A DNA stretch of 64,000 nucleotides from Oceanicaulis sp. Lineage in GTDB: Bacteria > Pseudomonadota > Alphaproteobacteria > Caulobacterales > Maricaulaceae. The notes under the pieces were generated by a model. That model ran no database searches. It saw only the letters and a list, made by a program, of their open reading frames with translations, and was not told where the DNA came from. The DNA is taken from the NCBI GenBank assembly GCA_040112665.1, contig CP157796.1, positions 186,813-250,812 on the forward strand. The letters run 5' to 3'. Each line of letters begins with the position of its first letter. The stretch's first letter is position 1. Shown here piece after piece: positions 1-8,803 of this stretch. Made by a program: the position numbers and the translations under genes.

Positions 1-1070
1 CTCGAGATCACCACGCACAGCGCGAGACCCAGCGCCGCGTAAAGCAGCTTGACCGGCAGGCCGCCGAAGCTTCCGAAGTGGAGCTGATAGGCGGCCGCGA
101 TCATCTGCTGGCCCAGAGTGCCGTCCTCGAGCCCCTGCTGGCCGAGATAGCGTCCGTCCGGGGCGTAGAGAAAATACTCCCCGAAAATCAGCCGGTCCGG
201 AACGATGGACAGGATCTCGACGCGCTGGCCCTCGCGCTGAACGTTCTCGACCGTCAGCAGCCAGTAATCGACGTCCGGGCGGCGCTGCATCTGGTTTGCG
301 AGCGCCGCCTCCACGTCGGCGAGCGGCTCTTCGGTTTCTCCCGCCGGCAGAGCGGCGCCGAAGGTCGGCGCGAAAAAGCCGCCATGAACCGCTTCGTCAT
401 GCACGGTGGGCTGGAAGGCGGCGGCGGCCAGCACCGACAGGCCCAGCATCGCGCCGGTCAGCGGCACGATCACGTGGAAAGGCGCGCCCCAGACCGACAG
501 CCGGTTGTGAAGATCGGTGAGGGCGAGCTTCGCATTGCCGCTGCGGCGGAATCTGAAGGCGTCGCGGAAGATGCGCGGATGGGCCAGAAAACCCGAAAGC
601 ACCAGGCCCAGCATGACCGCGCCGAACCCGCCCACCACGATCAGACCCAGCGTGGAGGGCAGATGCAGATAGTAGTGAAGATCGATCAGGAATTCGGAAA
701 ACGGATGGTCCACCGCCTCGCCGAGGCCTCCATCGGCGTCGACGAAGCGCGCCTCGCCGCCGATCAGCGTGGCCATTCGCGGGGCGTCCGGATTGGGCAG
801 GATGAGCTGGGCCTGTGCCGGCGGGGCGCCGTGCTGGGCCTGATAGTCGGCGATGGCGGACTGAAGCGCGCGCGCCGCGGCGGCCGGATCGGGCCGGGCG
901 GTCTCGTAGGCGCCGGGCTGCTCCCAGCGCGCGAAATCGTCATGGAAGGTGACCAGCACGCCAGACAGGCTGAGCACATACAGGATCGCGCCGGCCACGA
1001 GACCCAGCCCGGCGTGCGCGGACAGCATGCGGGCGACGAAGCGCTTGGAAAGGGTCGGCCAGGCGGTCAT
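1..1070 (-). CDS. PepSY-associated TM-helix protein (PiuB-like), C-terminus outside window
   Basis: Absent from the ORF track because it is open at the window edge. ATG at 1070..1068 reads MTAWPTLSKRFVARMLSAHAGLGLVAGAILYVLSLSGVLVTFHDDF..., a typical PepSY_TM N-terminus. It lies 10 nt downstream of the preceding gene in the TBDR operon. Confidence 0.7.
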   Translation of the reverse strand, partial: MTAWPTLSKRFVARMLSAHAGLGLVAGAILYVLSLSGVLVTFHDDFARWEQPGAYETARPDPAAAARALQSAIADYQAQHGAPPAQAQLILPNPDAPRMATLIGGEARFVDADGGLGEAVDHPFSEFLIDLHYYLHLPSTLGLIVVGGFGAVMLGLVLSGFLAHPRIFRDAFRFRRSGNAKLALTDLHNRLSVWGAPFHVIVPLTGAMLGLSVLAAAAFQPTVHDEAVHGGFFAPTFGAALPAGETEEPLADVEAALANQMQRRPDVDYWLLTVENVQREGQRVEILSIVPDRLIFGEYFLYAPDGRYLGQQGLEDGTLGQQMIAAAYQLHFGSFGGLPVKLLYAALGLALCVVIS

Positions 1071-1080
1071 CGCGCCCTCC

Positions 1081-1677
1081 TCAGACCAGGCTCGCAAGAG
1101 CGAACATCGCCCCTGCGGCCGCGAGCGCGCCGGCCATGATGAGGCTGCGCGTGCGCAAGGGAAGATCGAGCGCCGGGATCACCATGAGCCCGCCCCAGCT
1201 CACCGGCAGGACGAGCACCGACCAGAACAGCGCGTCGGGCTGGGCCAGGCCGGCGCCCAGAATTCCTGCATAGACCGTGCCCGACAGGCACACCGAAGCG
1301 GCGAGCGCGGCCAGCGTGGCGAGGACCGCGACATAGACGGTGCGCAGAACGCGGCCGGCCCCGATCGGAACGGACACGGCCGCCGCGACGCGGTCGGGAT
1401 TGCGCCGCGGCTTGCCGTCGGGCCGGGCGTACTGGACCGCCAGAACGATCGACACCGCCGCCATCGCGGCCAGGGCCGCCATCGCCGCGCCCCGATCCGG
1501 ACCGCTCGCGGCGATCCAGAACGGGGCGGAGGCGATCAGCGCCAGCCAGCCGCCGGCCATCAGCCGCCGGTGGCTGTGCGCGCGCCGGCGCCAGCTTTCA
1601 AACAGGGCGAGCGCCCCGGCCGCAGACAGCGCCGCGGCCAGAAGAGCCCACACCGGTTCGATCGCTTGCGCCAGCAC
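1081..1677 (-). CDS. small polytopic membrane protein (DUF3325-like) in siderophore receptor operon
   Basis: 198 aa, very hydrophobic with several predicted TM helices. It starts 4 nt after the TBDR stop and sits between the TBDR and the PepSY gene, as DUF3325 genes usually do. Confidence 0.5.
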   Translation of the reverse strand: MLAQAIEPVWALLAAALSAAGALALFESWRRRAHSHRRLMAGGWLALIASAPFWIAASGPDRGAAMAALAAMAAVSIVLAVQYARPDGKPRRNPDRVAAAVSVPIGAGRVLRTVYVAVLATLAALAASVCLSGTVYAGILGAGLAQPDALFWSVLVLPVSWGGLMVIPALDLPLRTRSLIMAGALAAAGAMFALASLV

Positions 1678-1681
1678 TGGA

Positions 1682-3748
1682 CTAGAAGCTCCGCGACAGG
1701 CGCAGATTCACCGACCGCTCCTCGCCCGGGAAGCAGTCCCCGCGGGCCAGGCAGGTGGCGTAATAGTCCTCGTCGGCGAGATTGCGGACGTTCAGCTGAA
1801 CCGAATAATCCGCCCAGTCATAGGCGATCAGAGCGTCAAGGAGCGTGGCCGAGCCTGTGACGACGCGCACCCCGCCGCCCGCGTTGCTCTCGTTCTCGCC
1901 GAGATAACGTGCGCCGAGACCCAGGCGCAGCCCGGCCAGCGCGTCGGGACGAATCGTGCCCCAGACCGAGGCGAGCGTTTCAGGCACGGAGGCCAGCGGC
2001 AGGCCGTTCGGATCCTCGCCGTCGAGCACGGAGAAATTCGCCTCGAACGTCGCCGCGCCGAGACCGGTGTCGAACGCGGTCAGCGCTTCGACCTCCAGCC
2101 CGGAAATGGTCGACACGCCTTCCTGCTGGCTCGGCGCGGTGGGAAGACCTGCCGGGTTGGGCAGGTTGGACTGTTCGATGTCGAACCAGGCCAGGGTCAC
2201 CAGCGTGCTGGCGTTCGGCTGGAACTTCACGCCGATCTCGACCTGCTCGCCCTCGCGCGGCTTGAGCTGAGCGCTGGTGAAGGCGTCGGTGCCGACGACC
2301 GGCTCGAAGCTCTCCGCGTAGGAGATGTAGGGCGACAGCCCGTTGTCGAAGGCGTAGAGCGCGCCGGCCGCAAAGGTCAGCTTGTCGTCGTCTTGGCTGA
2401 CGCCGCCGGTCTGGTTGCTGACCTCGTCATAGCGCAGGCCGGCGGTCAGGCGCAGCGCACCAACCTCGATCTGGTCGTTCACGTAGAGCCCGACATAGTC
2501 GGTGCTGGTCTGGCTCGCGCCGCGCACCGCATCGAGCTCTGCCGCGGTCGGCACGCCGTCGCCATAGACCGGATTGAAGGCGTTGAGCGTGCCCTGGCGC
2601 AGGAAGGCGCGCGACTGGGTCAGCTCGATGTCCTGGGCGTTCACGCCGATCAGAACCTCGTGATCGAGGCCGCCGGTAGCGAATTCGGCGCGCAGCCGCA
2701 GGTCGGCGGCGAGCTGCTCTGAGGTGGCCGGATTGTCGTACCAGCTGCGCAGCCCGTCACCGGCCGCGTCGATCCGCGGATTGCCCGCGCCGGCGAAGGC
2801 GATCCAGCTCTGCGAATAGTCGCTCGAACCGTCGCGCCAGCGCGCGGTGCCTTCAAGCGTGAAGACCTCGCTCAGCCGGTGAGAGCCCATCACGGTGACA
2901 GCGGTCGATTCCGTGTCGTAGCGGTTGAAGCCCGGCTCGCCGAGATAGGTCGAGCTCTCGATCCGCTCGGCGGCGGGCAGGAGCGTGCCGGTCAGCGGCA
3001 GGAACTGGTGGGCCACGTCGCCGGTGCGTTCGTCGTAATTGACCAGCAGCGTCACCGAGGTGTCCTCGCTCGGCGTCCAGGTCAGCGAGGGCGCGAGCAC
3101 AAGGGCGTCGTCCTCGACGAAATCGACCTGGGTGTCGGCGTCGCGGTAAAGCGCGACGGCACGGGCGAAAACGGTGTCGGACAGGGCGAGGTTATAGTCC
3201 AGCGCGATCTGGGCCCGGTCGAACGAGCCGTAGGAAGCGACGATCTCGCTGTCGAGATCCGGTCCTGCGATCTTGGAGACGGTGTTGACCAGACCGCCCG
3301 GCGAGCCCTGGCCGAACAGCACCGAGGCCGGGCCCTTGAGGACCTCGACCTGCTCGAGGGTGTAAATCTCGGGCCGGGTGTTGTTGTAGTTTCCGAACAG
3401 CGACTGGATGTTGTCACGATATTCCGGCGCGTTCAGGCCGCGCACGAAGTAGAAGTCGCCGCGCGTGGCGAAGCCGTAGGCCTCGCCGGTCACGCCGGCG
3501 GTGTAGTTCAGCACGTCGTCGAGCGTCAGCGCGCCCTTGGCGATGAACATGTCCTCGGTCTCGATCGACACCGAACGGGCGGTCTCCACGATCGGCGTGT
3601 CGGACTTCATCGCGCCGAAGGTCGAGGGCGAGCCGGTCACCGTGATGACGTCCGCGACCGTGTCAGGCTCGGCGGGCTGAGCGACAACCGAGGCCGCGCC
3701 GAGAACCGCGAGCGATGCGGAGGCGAGGAGGATTTTTGTAATACGCAT
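1682..3748 (-). CDS. TonB-dependent siderophore receptor
   Basis: 688 aa. Signal peptide (MRITKILLASASLAVLGAASVVAQ), plug-domain motifs (VEVLKGPASVLFGQGSPGGLVN), and a C-terminal barrel ending in ...LRLSRSF. Confidence 0.9.
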   Translation of the reverse strand: MRITKILLASASLAVLGAASVVAQPAEPDTVADVITVTGSPSTFGAMKSDTPIVETARSVSIETEDMFIAKGALTLDDVLNYTAGVTGEAYGFATRGDFYFVRGLNAPEYRDNIQSLFGNYNNTRPEIYTLEQVEVLKGPASVLFGQGSPGGLVNTVSKIAGPDLDSEIVASYGSFDRAQIALDYNLALSDTVFARAVALYRDADTQVDFVEDDALVLAPSLTWTPSEDTSVTLLVNYDERTGDVAHQFLPLTGTLLPAAERIESSTYLGEPGFNRYDTESTAVTVMGSHRLSEVFTLEGTARWRDGSSDYSQSWIAFAGAGNPRIDAAGDGLRSWYDNPATSEQLAADLRLRAEFATGGLDHEVLIGVNAQDIELTQSRAFLRQGTLNAFNPVYGDGVPTAAELDAVRGASQTSTDYVGLYVNDQIEVGALRLTAGLRYDEVSNQTGGVSQDDDKLTFAAGALYAFDNGLSPYISYAESFEPVVGTDAFTSAQLKPREGEQVEIGVKFQPNASTLVTLAWFDIEQSNLPNPAGLPTAPSQQEGVSTISGLEVEALTAFDTGLGAATFEANFSVLDGEDPNGLPLASVPETLASVWGTIRPDALAGLRLGLGARYLGENESNAGGGVRVVTGSATLLDALIAYDWADYSVQLNVRNLADEDYYATCLARGDCFPGEERSVNLRLSRSF

Positions 3749-3795
3749 ATTCAGTTAGCACCCCGATGCATGGAAAACGTGGCGGCGGTGCTACT

Positions 3796-3816
3796 GCGAA
3801 CGATTTTCAAAAGCAA
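3796..3816. promoter_or_regulatory. candidate Fur-type iron box upstream of TBDR operon
   Basis: GCGAACGATTTTCAAAAGCAA lies 48-68 bp upstream of the TBDR ATG. It matches the 19-bp Fur consensus GATAATGATAATCATTATC at 11/19 and matches a second copy at 41427..41447 at 17/21. Confidence 0.3.
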
Positions 3817-3952
3817 TGCGACAAACGTAGATATCTGCAGCGCGCCCTGGCGCGGCCGCCGCAACCCCCCTGTCCTGCGGCGCGAAGCAGGGCGAGGTGC
3901 GGCGATGGCCCGCAGGCGCGAGTGTCGCGGTCAATACGCGGGCTGACGCGCG

Positions 3953-6220
3953 TCAGCCCCGGCCGCCCGCTTCCTCCCCCGCCAGCCTTTCGTCGAAGAA
4001 GCGGAAGATGTGCGTCCATAGATGGGTCTGCAGTTCCGGCGGGCGCACGCCGTGGCGCTGACCGGGATAGGTCATCATTTCGAAGTCGGCGTTCTGCGCC
4101 TGAAGCTCGGCGAACAGGCGCGTGGAGTGGTCGAAGGTGACGTTGTCGTCGGCCATGCCGTGGATGATGAGCGTCGGCGTGGCGTAGTTCTCGACATGGG
4201 CGAAGGCCGAGCCGTCCTCGTAGCCGGCTGCGTTCGCTTCGGGCGTGTCCATGTAGCGCTCGGTGTAATGGGTGTCGTAAAGCGACCAGTCGGTGACCGG
4301 GGCGCCGGCGACCGCCGCGTCGAACGCGTCCGGCGCCCGCAGGCTGGTCATCAGCGTCATGTAGCCGCCGTAAGACCAGCCCCAGAGGCCGACGCGGTCG
4401 GGATCGACAAAGTCCTGCGCCTCGAGGAAGGCGAGGCCGGCGAGCTGGTCTTCGACCTCCACCGAGCCCATCGCATCGTGCAGCTCGGCCTCGAAGGCGT
4501 GGCCGCGGTTCCAGCTGCCCCGATTGTCGATCCTGAACAGGACATAGCCCCGATCGGCGAAGAGCTGGTCGCGCGGGCCGGCGAAGCTCTTCCTCACCGT
4601 CTGCACCAGCGGCCCCCCATAGGTCTGCACGATCGCCGGACAGGGCGTCTCGGCGGTGCAGTGGTCGGGCTTCAGCATCGACCAGTAAAGCGTGGTCTCC
4701 CCGTCCGGCGCGGTGATCGTGCCGAACTCAGGCGTGAGATGGCTCTCAAGATTGGGCGTGTAGGGGTGATCGTCGTCGAGCGCGTTTTCCTCGATCCAGG
4801 CGATGCGCGTCCCGTCGATCGCATAAAGTCCGGTTCGGCTCGGCGTGGCCGGGTCCTGATAGCCGCCGAGGAAGGCGGTCCCGCCCTGCCCCAGGCTCGC
4901 GGACCACAGCCCTTCGCCTTCGGTGACCTTCACCGGATCTCCGCCCGTCATGGGCACGGCGTAGAGATGGCGTTCGAGCGGGGTCTCCACCCAGCCTTCG
5001 AAATAGATCGTCCCGCCGTCTTCGGAGACGCCGGCGATCTCGTCGACCACCCAGTCGCCCGAGGTCAGCTGACGGGTCTCGCCGTCAGCGCCCACGTGAT
5101 AGACATGGCGGAAGCCGCTGCGCTCGGACGTCCAGAGAAAGCCCCCGCCCTCGAGCGGCGTGAAGTCGTTAGTGAGGTTGATCCAGGTCGGCGCGGTCTC
5201 GGTCAGCACGACCTCCGTCTCGCCGGTCGCGGGGTCGGCTCCCAGAAGATCGAGCACGGTCTGCTCGCGGTTCTGGCGCTGCACGTAAAGCCGGTCGCCG
5301 TCCGCGCTCCAGTTCACCCTGGCGAGATAGATGTCGGTCTCTTCGCCCAGATCGACCTGCGTACGCTCGCCGGTGGCGAGGTCGATCACATGGAGCTCGA
5401 CCAGCGCGTTCGGCGTGCCTGCGCGCGGATAGCGCTGTTCGGTCACCGAGACGCCCTCCGCGCCGATGCCAAAGCGCGGGACGATCTGCACCGGGCTTTC
5501 GTCGATGCGCGCCACTGCGATCCGGTCGCCCCCGGGGCTCCACCAGTACCCGGTGTAGCGGCGCATCTCCTCCTGGGCGACGAACTCGGCGACGCCCCAG
5601 CTGACCGGGCCTTCGCCTTCGGTCGTCAGGGCGCGAGCCTGCCCGGTCTCAAGATCGTGCACCCAGAGATTCTGCTCGCGGATGAAGCTGACATGCCGGC
5701 CGTCCGGGCTCACCTTGAAGTCGGTCTCGAAGGCCTCGGTCTGCATCAACCGCTCGGCCTCGCCGGTCTCGACATCGACGTAGAACACGTCGCCGTCCAG
5801 CGGGACCAGCACCGCCTGCCCGCTCTCGTCCCAGTCATAGGCGACCACGCCGGTCTCGCTGATCCGCGCGCGTTCGCGGAACTGGATCTCGGCTTCCGAC
5901 AGCTCGCGCTCCTCCGGCGCCAGCGCGCTCGCATCCACCAGGCGGTAGGTGCGCCCGTCCGCCACGTCCATGGCCCACAGGTCAAGCACCGTCCGGTCTT
6001 CGTCCTTGGGCCGCAGGAACGTCACCCGCGTACCGTCGGGGGAAAATTTCAGGCTGCGCGGCGTCGGCCCGGTCAGCGAGGGCGAAGCGAAGACCCGTTC
6101 GATGGTGAGCGCTGCCGGATCCTCCGGCGCGCCCTGCGCCGACGCCGCGCCGGGCGCCGCCTGCCCGCAAGCGGTGAGGACGAGGGCGGACGCGGCGAAA
6201 GCGAACAGCGAAAGGCGCAT
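3953..6220 (-). CDS. S9 family serine peptidase, dipeptidyl-peptidase IV-like lipoprotein
   Basis: 755 aa. Lipobox LVLTAC, a DPP-IV N-terminal beta-propeller region, and a catalytic GWSYGG serine motif with a C-terminal Asp/His region. Confidence 0.9.
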   Translation of the reverse strand: MRLSLFAFAASALVLTACGQAAPGAASAQGAPEDPAALTIERVFASPSLTGPTPRSLKFSPDGTRVTFLRPKDEDRTVLDLWAMDVADGRTYRLVDASALAPEERELSEAEIQFRERARISETGVVAYDWDESGQAVLVPLDGDVFYVDVETGEAERLMQTEAFETDFKVSPDGRHVSFIREQNLWVHDLETGQARALTTEGEGPVSWGVAEFVAQEEMRRYTGYWWSPGGDRIAVARIDESPVQIVPRFGIGAEGVSVTEQRYPRAGTPNALVELHVIDLATGERTQVDLGEETDIYLARVNWSADGDRLYVQRQNREQTVLDLLGADPATGETEVVLTETAPTWINLTNDFTPLEGGGFLWTSERSGFRHVYHVGADGETRQLTSGDWVVDEIAGVSEDGGTIYFEGWVETPLERHLYAVPMTGGDPVKVTEGEGLWSASLGQGGTAFLGGYQDPATPSRTGLYAIDGTRIAWIEENALDDDHPYTPNLESHLTPEFGTITAPDGETTLYWSMLKPDHCTAETPCPAIVQTYGGPLVQTVRKSFAGPRDQLFADRGYVLFRIDNRGSWNRGHAFEAELHDAMGSVEVEDQLAGLAFLEAQDFVDPDRVGLWGWSYGGYMTLMTSLRAPDAFDAAVAGAPVTDWSLYDTHYTERYMDTPEANAAGYEDGSAFAHVENYATPTLIIHGMADDNVTFDHSTRLFAELQAQNADFEMMTYPGQRHGVRPPELQTHLWTHIFRFFDERLAGEEAGGRG

Positions 6221-6385
6221 GGGCGAGGCTCCGGTCTACAGGGTCGCCGGACTGTAACCGCGAGGCACGCGACGGCAAGCTGTCCAGGCCCGTTGAAGCC
6301 GCCATCAGCCGATTGCGCGCCCCCGGCGCCGTCCGCTATATGCGGCGGTCACATCCCCTCTCAGCGCTTGAGGAGCCCCGCGCCG

Positions 6386-8050
6386 ATGGCCGCGTATCAA
6401 TACGTCTATCACATGGACAATCTGGCGAAGACCTACCCGGGCGGTAAGCAGGTCTTCTCCGGCATCTCGCTGCACTTCCTGCCCGACGCCAAGATCGGCG
6501 TGGTGGGCGTGAACGGCGCGGGTAAATCCTCGCTCCTTCGCATCATGGCCGGCCAGGACACCGACTTCACCGGCGAGGCCTGGGCGGAGAAGGGCGTGCG
6601 CGTGGGCTATCTGCCCCAGGAGCCCCAGCTCGATCCGGAGAAAAACGTCTGGGAAAACGTCATCGAAGGCAGCGAAGACAAGAAGATCTACGACGCCTAC
6701 AACGCGATCGCGATGAAGCTCGCCGAGGACTATTCCGACGAGCTGATGGAGGAGATGACCGCCCTTCAGGAGCAGGTCGACGCGCGCGACGCATGGGACA
6801 TCGACGCCAAGATCGAGATGGCGATGGACGCGCTGCGCTGCCCGCCGGCCGACGCGAACGTCACCAATCTCTCCGGCGGCGAAAAGCGCCGCGTGGCGAT
6901 CTGCCGACTGCTGCTTTCCAAGCCGCACATGCTGCTGCTCGACGAGCCGACCAACCATCTGGACGCCGAGAGCGTGGCCTGGCTGCAGAACCACCTCGAG
7001 AATTATGACGGCGCGGTGCTGATCGTCACCCACGACCGTTATTTCCTGGACTCCATCACCACCTGGACGCTGGAGCTCGATCGCGGCAAGGGCGTGCCCT
7101 ATCAGGGCGGCTATTCCAGCTGGCTCGAACAGAAGCAGAAGCGCCTGGCCCAGGAGTCCCGCGAGGAAAGCGCCAAGCAGCGCGCGCTCGCCAAGGAACT
7201 CGAATGGATCCGCTCCTCGCCCAAGGCCCGTCAGGCCAAGTCCAAGGCCCGCATCAAGGCCTATGAGGAGAAGCGTGACGCGGCCGATCGCGAGAAGATC
7301 AACACCGCAGTGATCAACATCCCGCCCGGCCCGCGCCTGGGCGGTAACGTGGTCGACTTCGACCATGTCTCAAAGGGCTTCGGCGACAAGCTCCTGATCC
7401 GCGATCTCGACTTCAAACTGCCGCCCGGCGGCGTGGTCGGCGTGATCGGTCCGAACGGCGCGGGCAAGACGACCCTGTTCAAGATGATCGTCGGCGAGGA
7501 GCAGCCCGACGAGGGCAAGGTCACGCTCGGGGAGACCGTCAAGCTCGGCTATGTCAATCAAAGCCGCGACGCGCTCGACCCGAAAAAGACTGTCTGGGAA
7601 GAGATCTCCGGCGGCAACGACATGATCGATCTGGGCGGCCGCGAAGTGCCGAGCCGGGCTTACGTGGGCGCGTTCAACTTTAAGGGCGGCGACCAGCAAA
7701 AGAAGGTCGGGCTTCTTTCCGGCGGTGAGCGCAACCGCGTGCACCTCGCCAAGATGCTGAAAGAGGGCGGCAACCTGCTGCTGCTCGACGAACCGACCAA
7801 CGATCTCGACGTCGAAACGCTGTCCGCGCTTGAAAGCGCTCTGGAAGACTTCCCCGGCTGCGCCGTGGTGATCTCCCACGACCGCTTCTTCCTCGATCGC
7901 ATCGCCACCCACATCCTCGCCTTCGAAGGCGACAGCCATGTGGAATGGTTCGAAGGCGGCTTCACCGACTATCTCGCCGACAAGAAGCGCCGCCTGGGCG
8001 ACGACGCCCTCGTCCCGAAGCGCGTGAAGTTCCAGAAGTTCGAGCGGTAG
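6386..8050 (+). CDS. ettA: ABC-F ATPase, energy-dependent translational throttle EttA
   Basis: 554 aa starting MAAYQYVYHMDNLAKTYPGGKQV. Two ABC cassettes (GVNGAGKSS / LSGGEKRR and GPNGAGKTT / LSGGERNR). The listed 1342-aa ORF is an upstream antisense read-through artefact. Confidence 0.93.
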   Translation: MAAYQYVYHMDNLAKTYPGGKQVFSGISLHFLPDAKIGVVGVNGAGKSSLLRIMAGQDTDFTGEAWAEKGVRVGYLPQEPQLDPEKNVWENVIEGSEDKKIYDAYNAIAMKLAEDYSDELMEEMTALQEQVDARDAWDIDAKIEMAMDALRCPPADANVTNLSGGEKRRVAICRLLLSKPHMLLLDEPTNHLDAESVAWLQNHLENYDGAVLIVTHDRYFLDSITTWTLELDRGKGVPYQGGYSSWLEQKQKRLAQESREESAKQRALAKELEWIRSSPKARQAKSKARIKAYEEKRDAADREKINTAVINIPPGPRLGGNVVDFDHVSKGFGDKLLIRDLDFKLPPGGVVGVIGPNGAGKTTLFKMIVGEEQPDEGKVTLGETVKLGYVNQSRDALDPKKTVWEEISGGNDMIDLGGREVPSRAYVGAFNFKGGDQQKKVGLLSGGERNRVHLAKMLKEGGNLLLLDEPTNDLDVETLSALESALEDFPGCAVVISHDRFFLDRIATHILAFEGDSHVEWFEGGFTDYLADKKRRLGDDALVPKRVKFQKFER

Positions 8051-8072
8051 GCTCGGCTGACATCGCGACCAA

Positions 8073-8112
8073 GAAAAACCCCGGCGGATCGCTCCGCCGG
8101 GGTTCATTGTTT
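8073..8112. terminator. bidirectional rho-independent terminator between ettA and msrC
   Basis: Stem AACCCCGGCGG / CCGCCGGGGTT (8078..8088 / 8095..8105), flanked by an A-run on the left and a T-rich stretch on the right. Confidence 0.6.
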
Positions 8113-8116
8113 CTGG

Positions 8117-8617
8117 TCAAGACGTGAGCAGAAGCTTGCAGATCGCCTCAAGACCCGCCTGGTCCTCCGCGTCGAAGGCGTCGGGCTCGGTGCTGTCGAC
8201 GTCGAGCACGGCGGCGAGCCGGCCTTCGGCGTCGAACACCGGTACGACGATTTCCGACTGCGTGCGGCCGTCACACGCGATATGGCCGGGAAAGGCGTGC
8301 ACGTCGGGAACGAGCTGGGTCAGTCCGCTCGCCGCAGCCGCGCCGCACACGCCCTTGCCGAACGGAATCCGGAGGCAGCCCAGCGTGCCCTGATAGGGAC
8401 CCACGACGAGCTCTTGCGGCTTGTCGGGATCGACGACGTAAAAGCCTGTCCAGAAAAAGCGCGGGCCGAAATTATGCGCCAGGATGCAGGCCGCCGTAGC
8501 GTAGCGCGCGGTCGCGCTGCTCTCGCCGGCGACGACCGCCGCGATCTCCGCAGCCACGCGAGCGTAGGCCTCGTGCTTGGTTTCGCCCGGCGCGGCGGTG
8601 CTCATCGCTTCGGCCAT
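8117..8617 (-). CDS. msrC: GAF-domain free methionine-(R)-sulfoxide reductase (YebR/MsrC-like)
   Basis: 166 aa. The block WTGFYVVD...LVVGPYQGTLGCLRIPFGKGVCGAAA...DVHAFPGHIACDGRTQSEIVVPVF...LDVDS matches my recalled E. coli YebR sequence closely. Confidence 0.8.
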   Translation of the reverse strand: MAEAMSTAAPGETKHEAYARVAAEIAAVVAGESSATARYATAACILAHNFGPRFFWTGFYVVDPDKPQELVVGPYQGTLGCLRIPFGKGVCGAAAASGLTQLVPDVHAFPGHIACDGRTQSEIVVPVFDAEGRLAAVLDVDSTEPDAFDAEDQAGLEAICKLLLTS

Positions 8618-8803
8618 ATCGCTCTCCTGCTCGGCGTGAGCGCGAAACCTAGCGCGTTCGCGGCGGAACGGAAGCGGCCGCGCTGCTGGCGAATATCCCT
8701 AACTCAATTGGTGTTGCCCGAGACCCGCCCGCTGGCCAGAATGGGGAGGTTATCTTGTAACGGCGCGGGCGCACCCCGCGCGCCTTCCGGGAGGGGAATA
8801 CTC

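Noticed and set aside
78-1139. 353-aa plus-strand ORF at the window start
   Set aside because: It is antisense to the PepSY-TM gene, which is missing from the track only because it is open at the window edge.
4022-8050. 1342-aa plus-strand ORF, the longest in the track
   Set aside because: Its first ~2.3 kb is the antisense frame of the well-supported DPP-IV gene (Arg/Gly/Ala-rich, no motifs). It merely runs in frame into ettA, and the real ettA start is the ATG at 6386 (MAAYQYVYHMD...).
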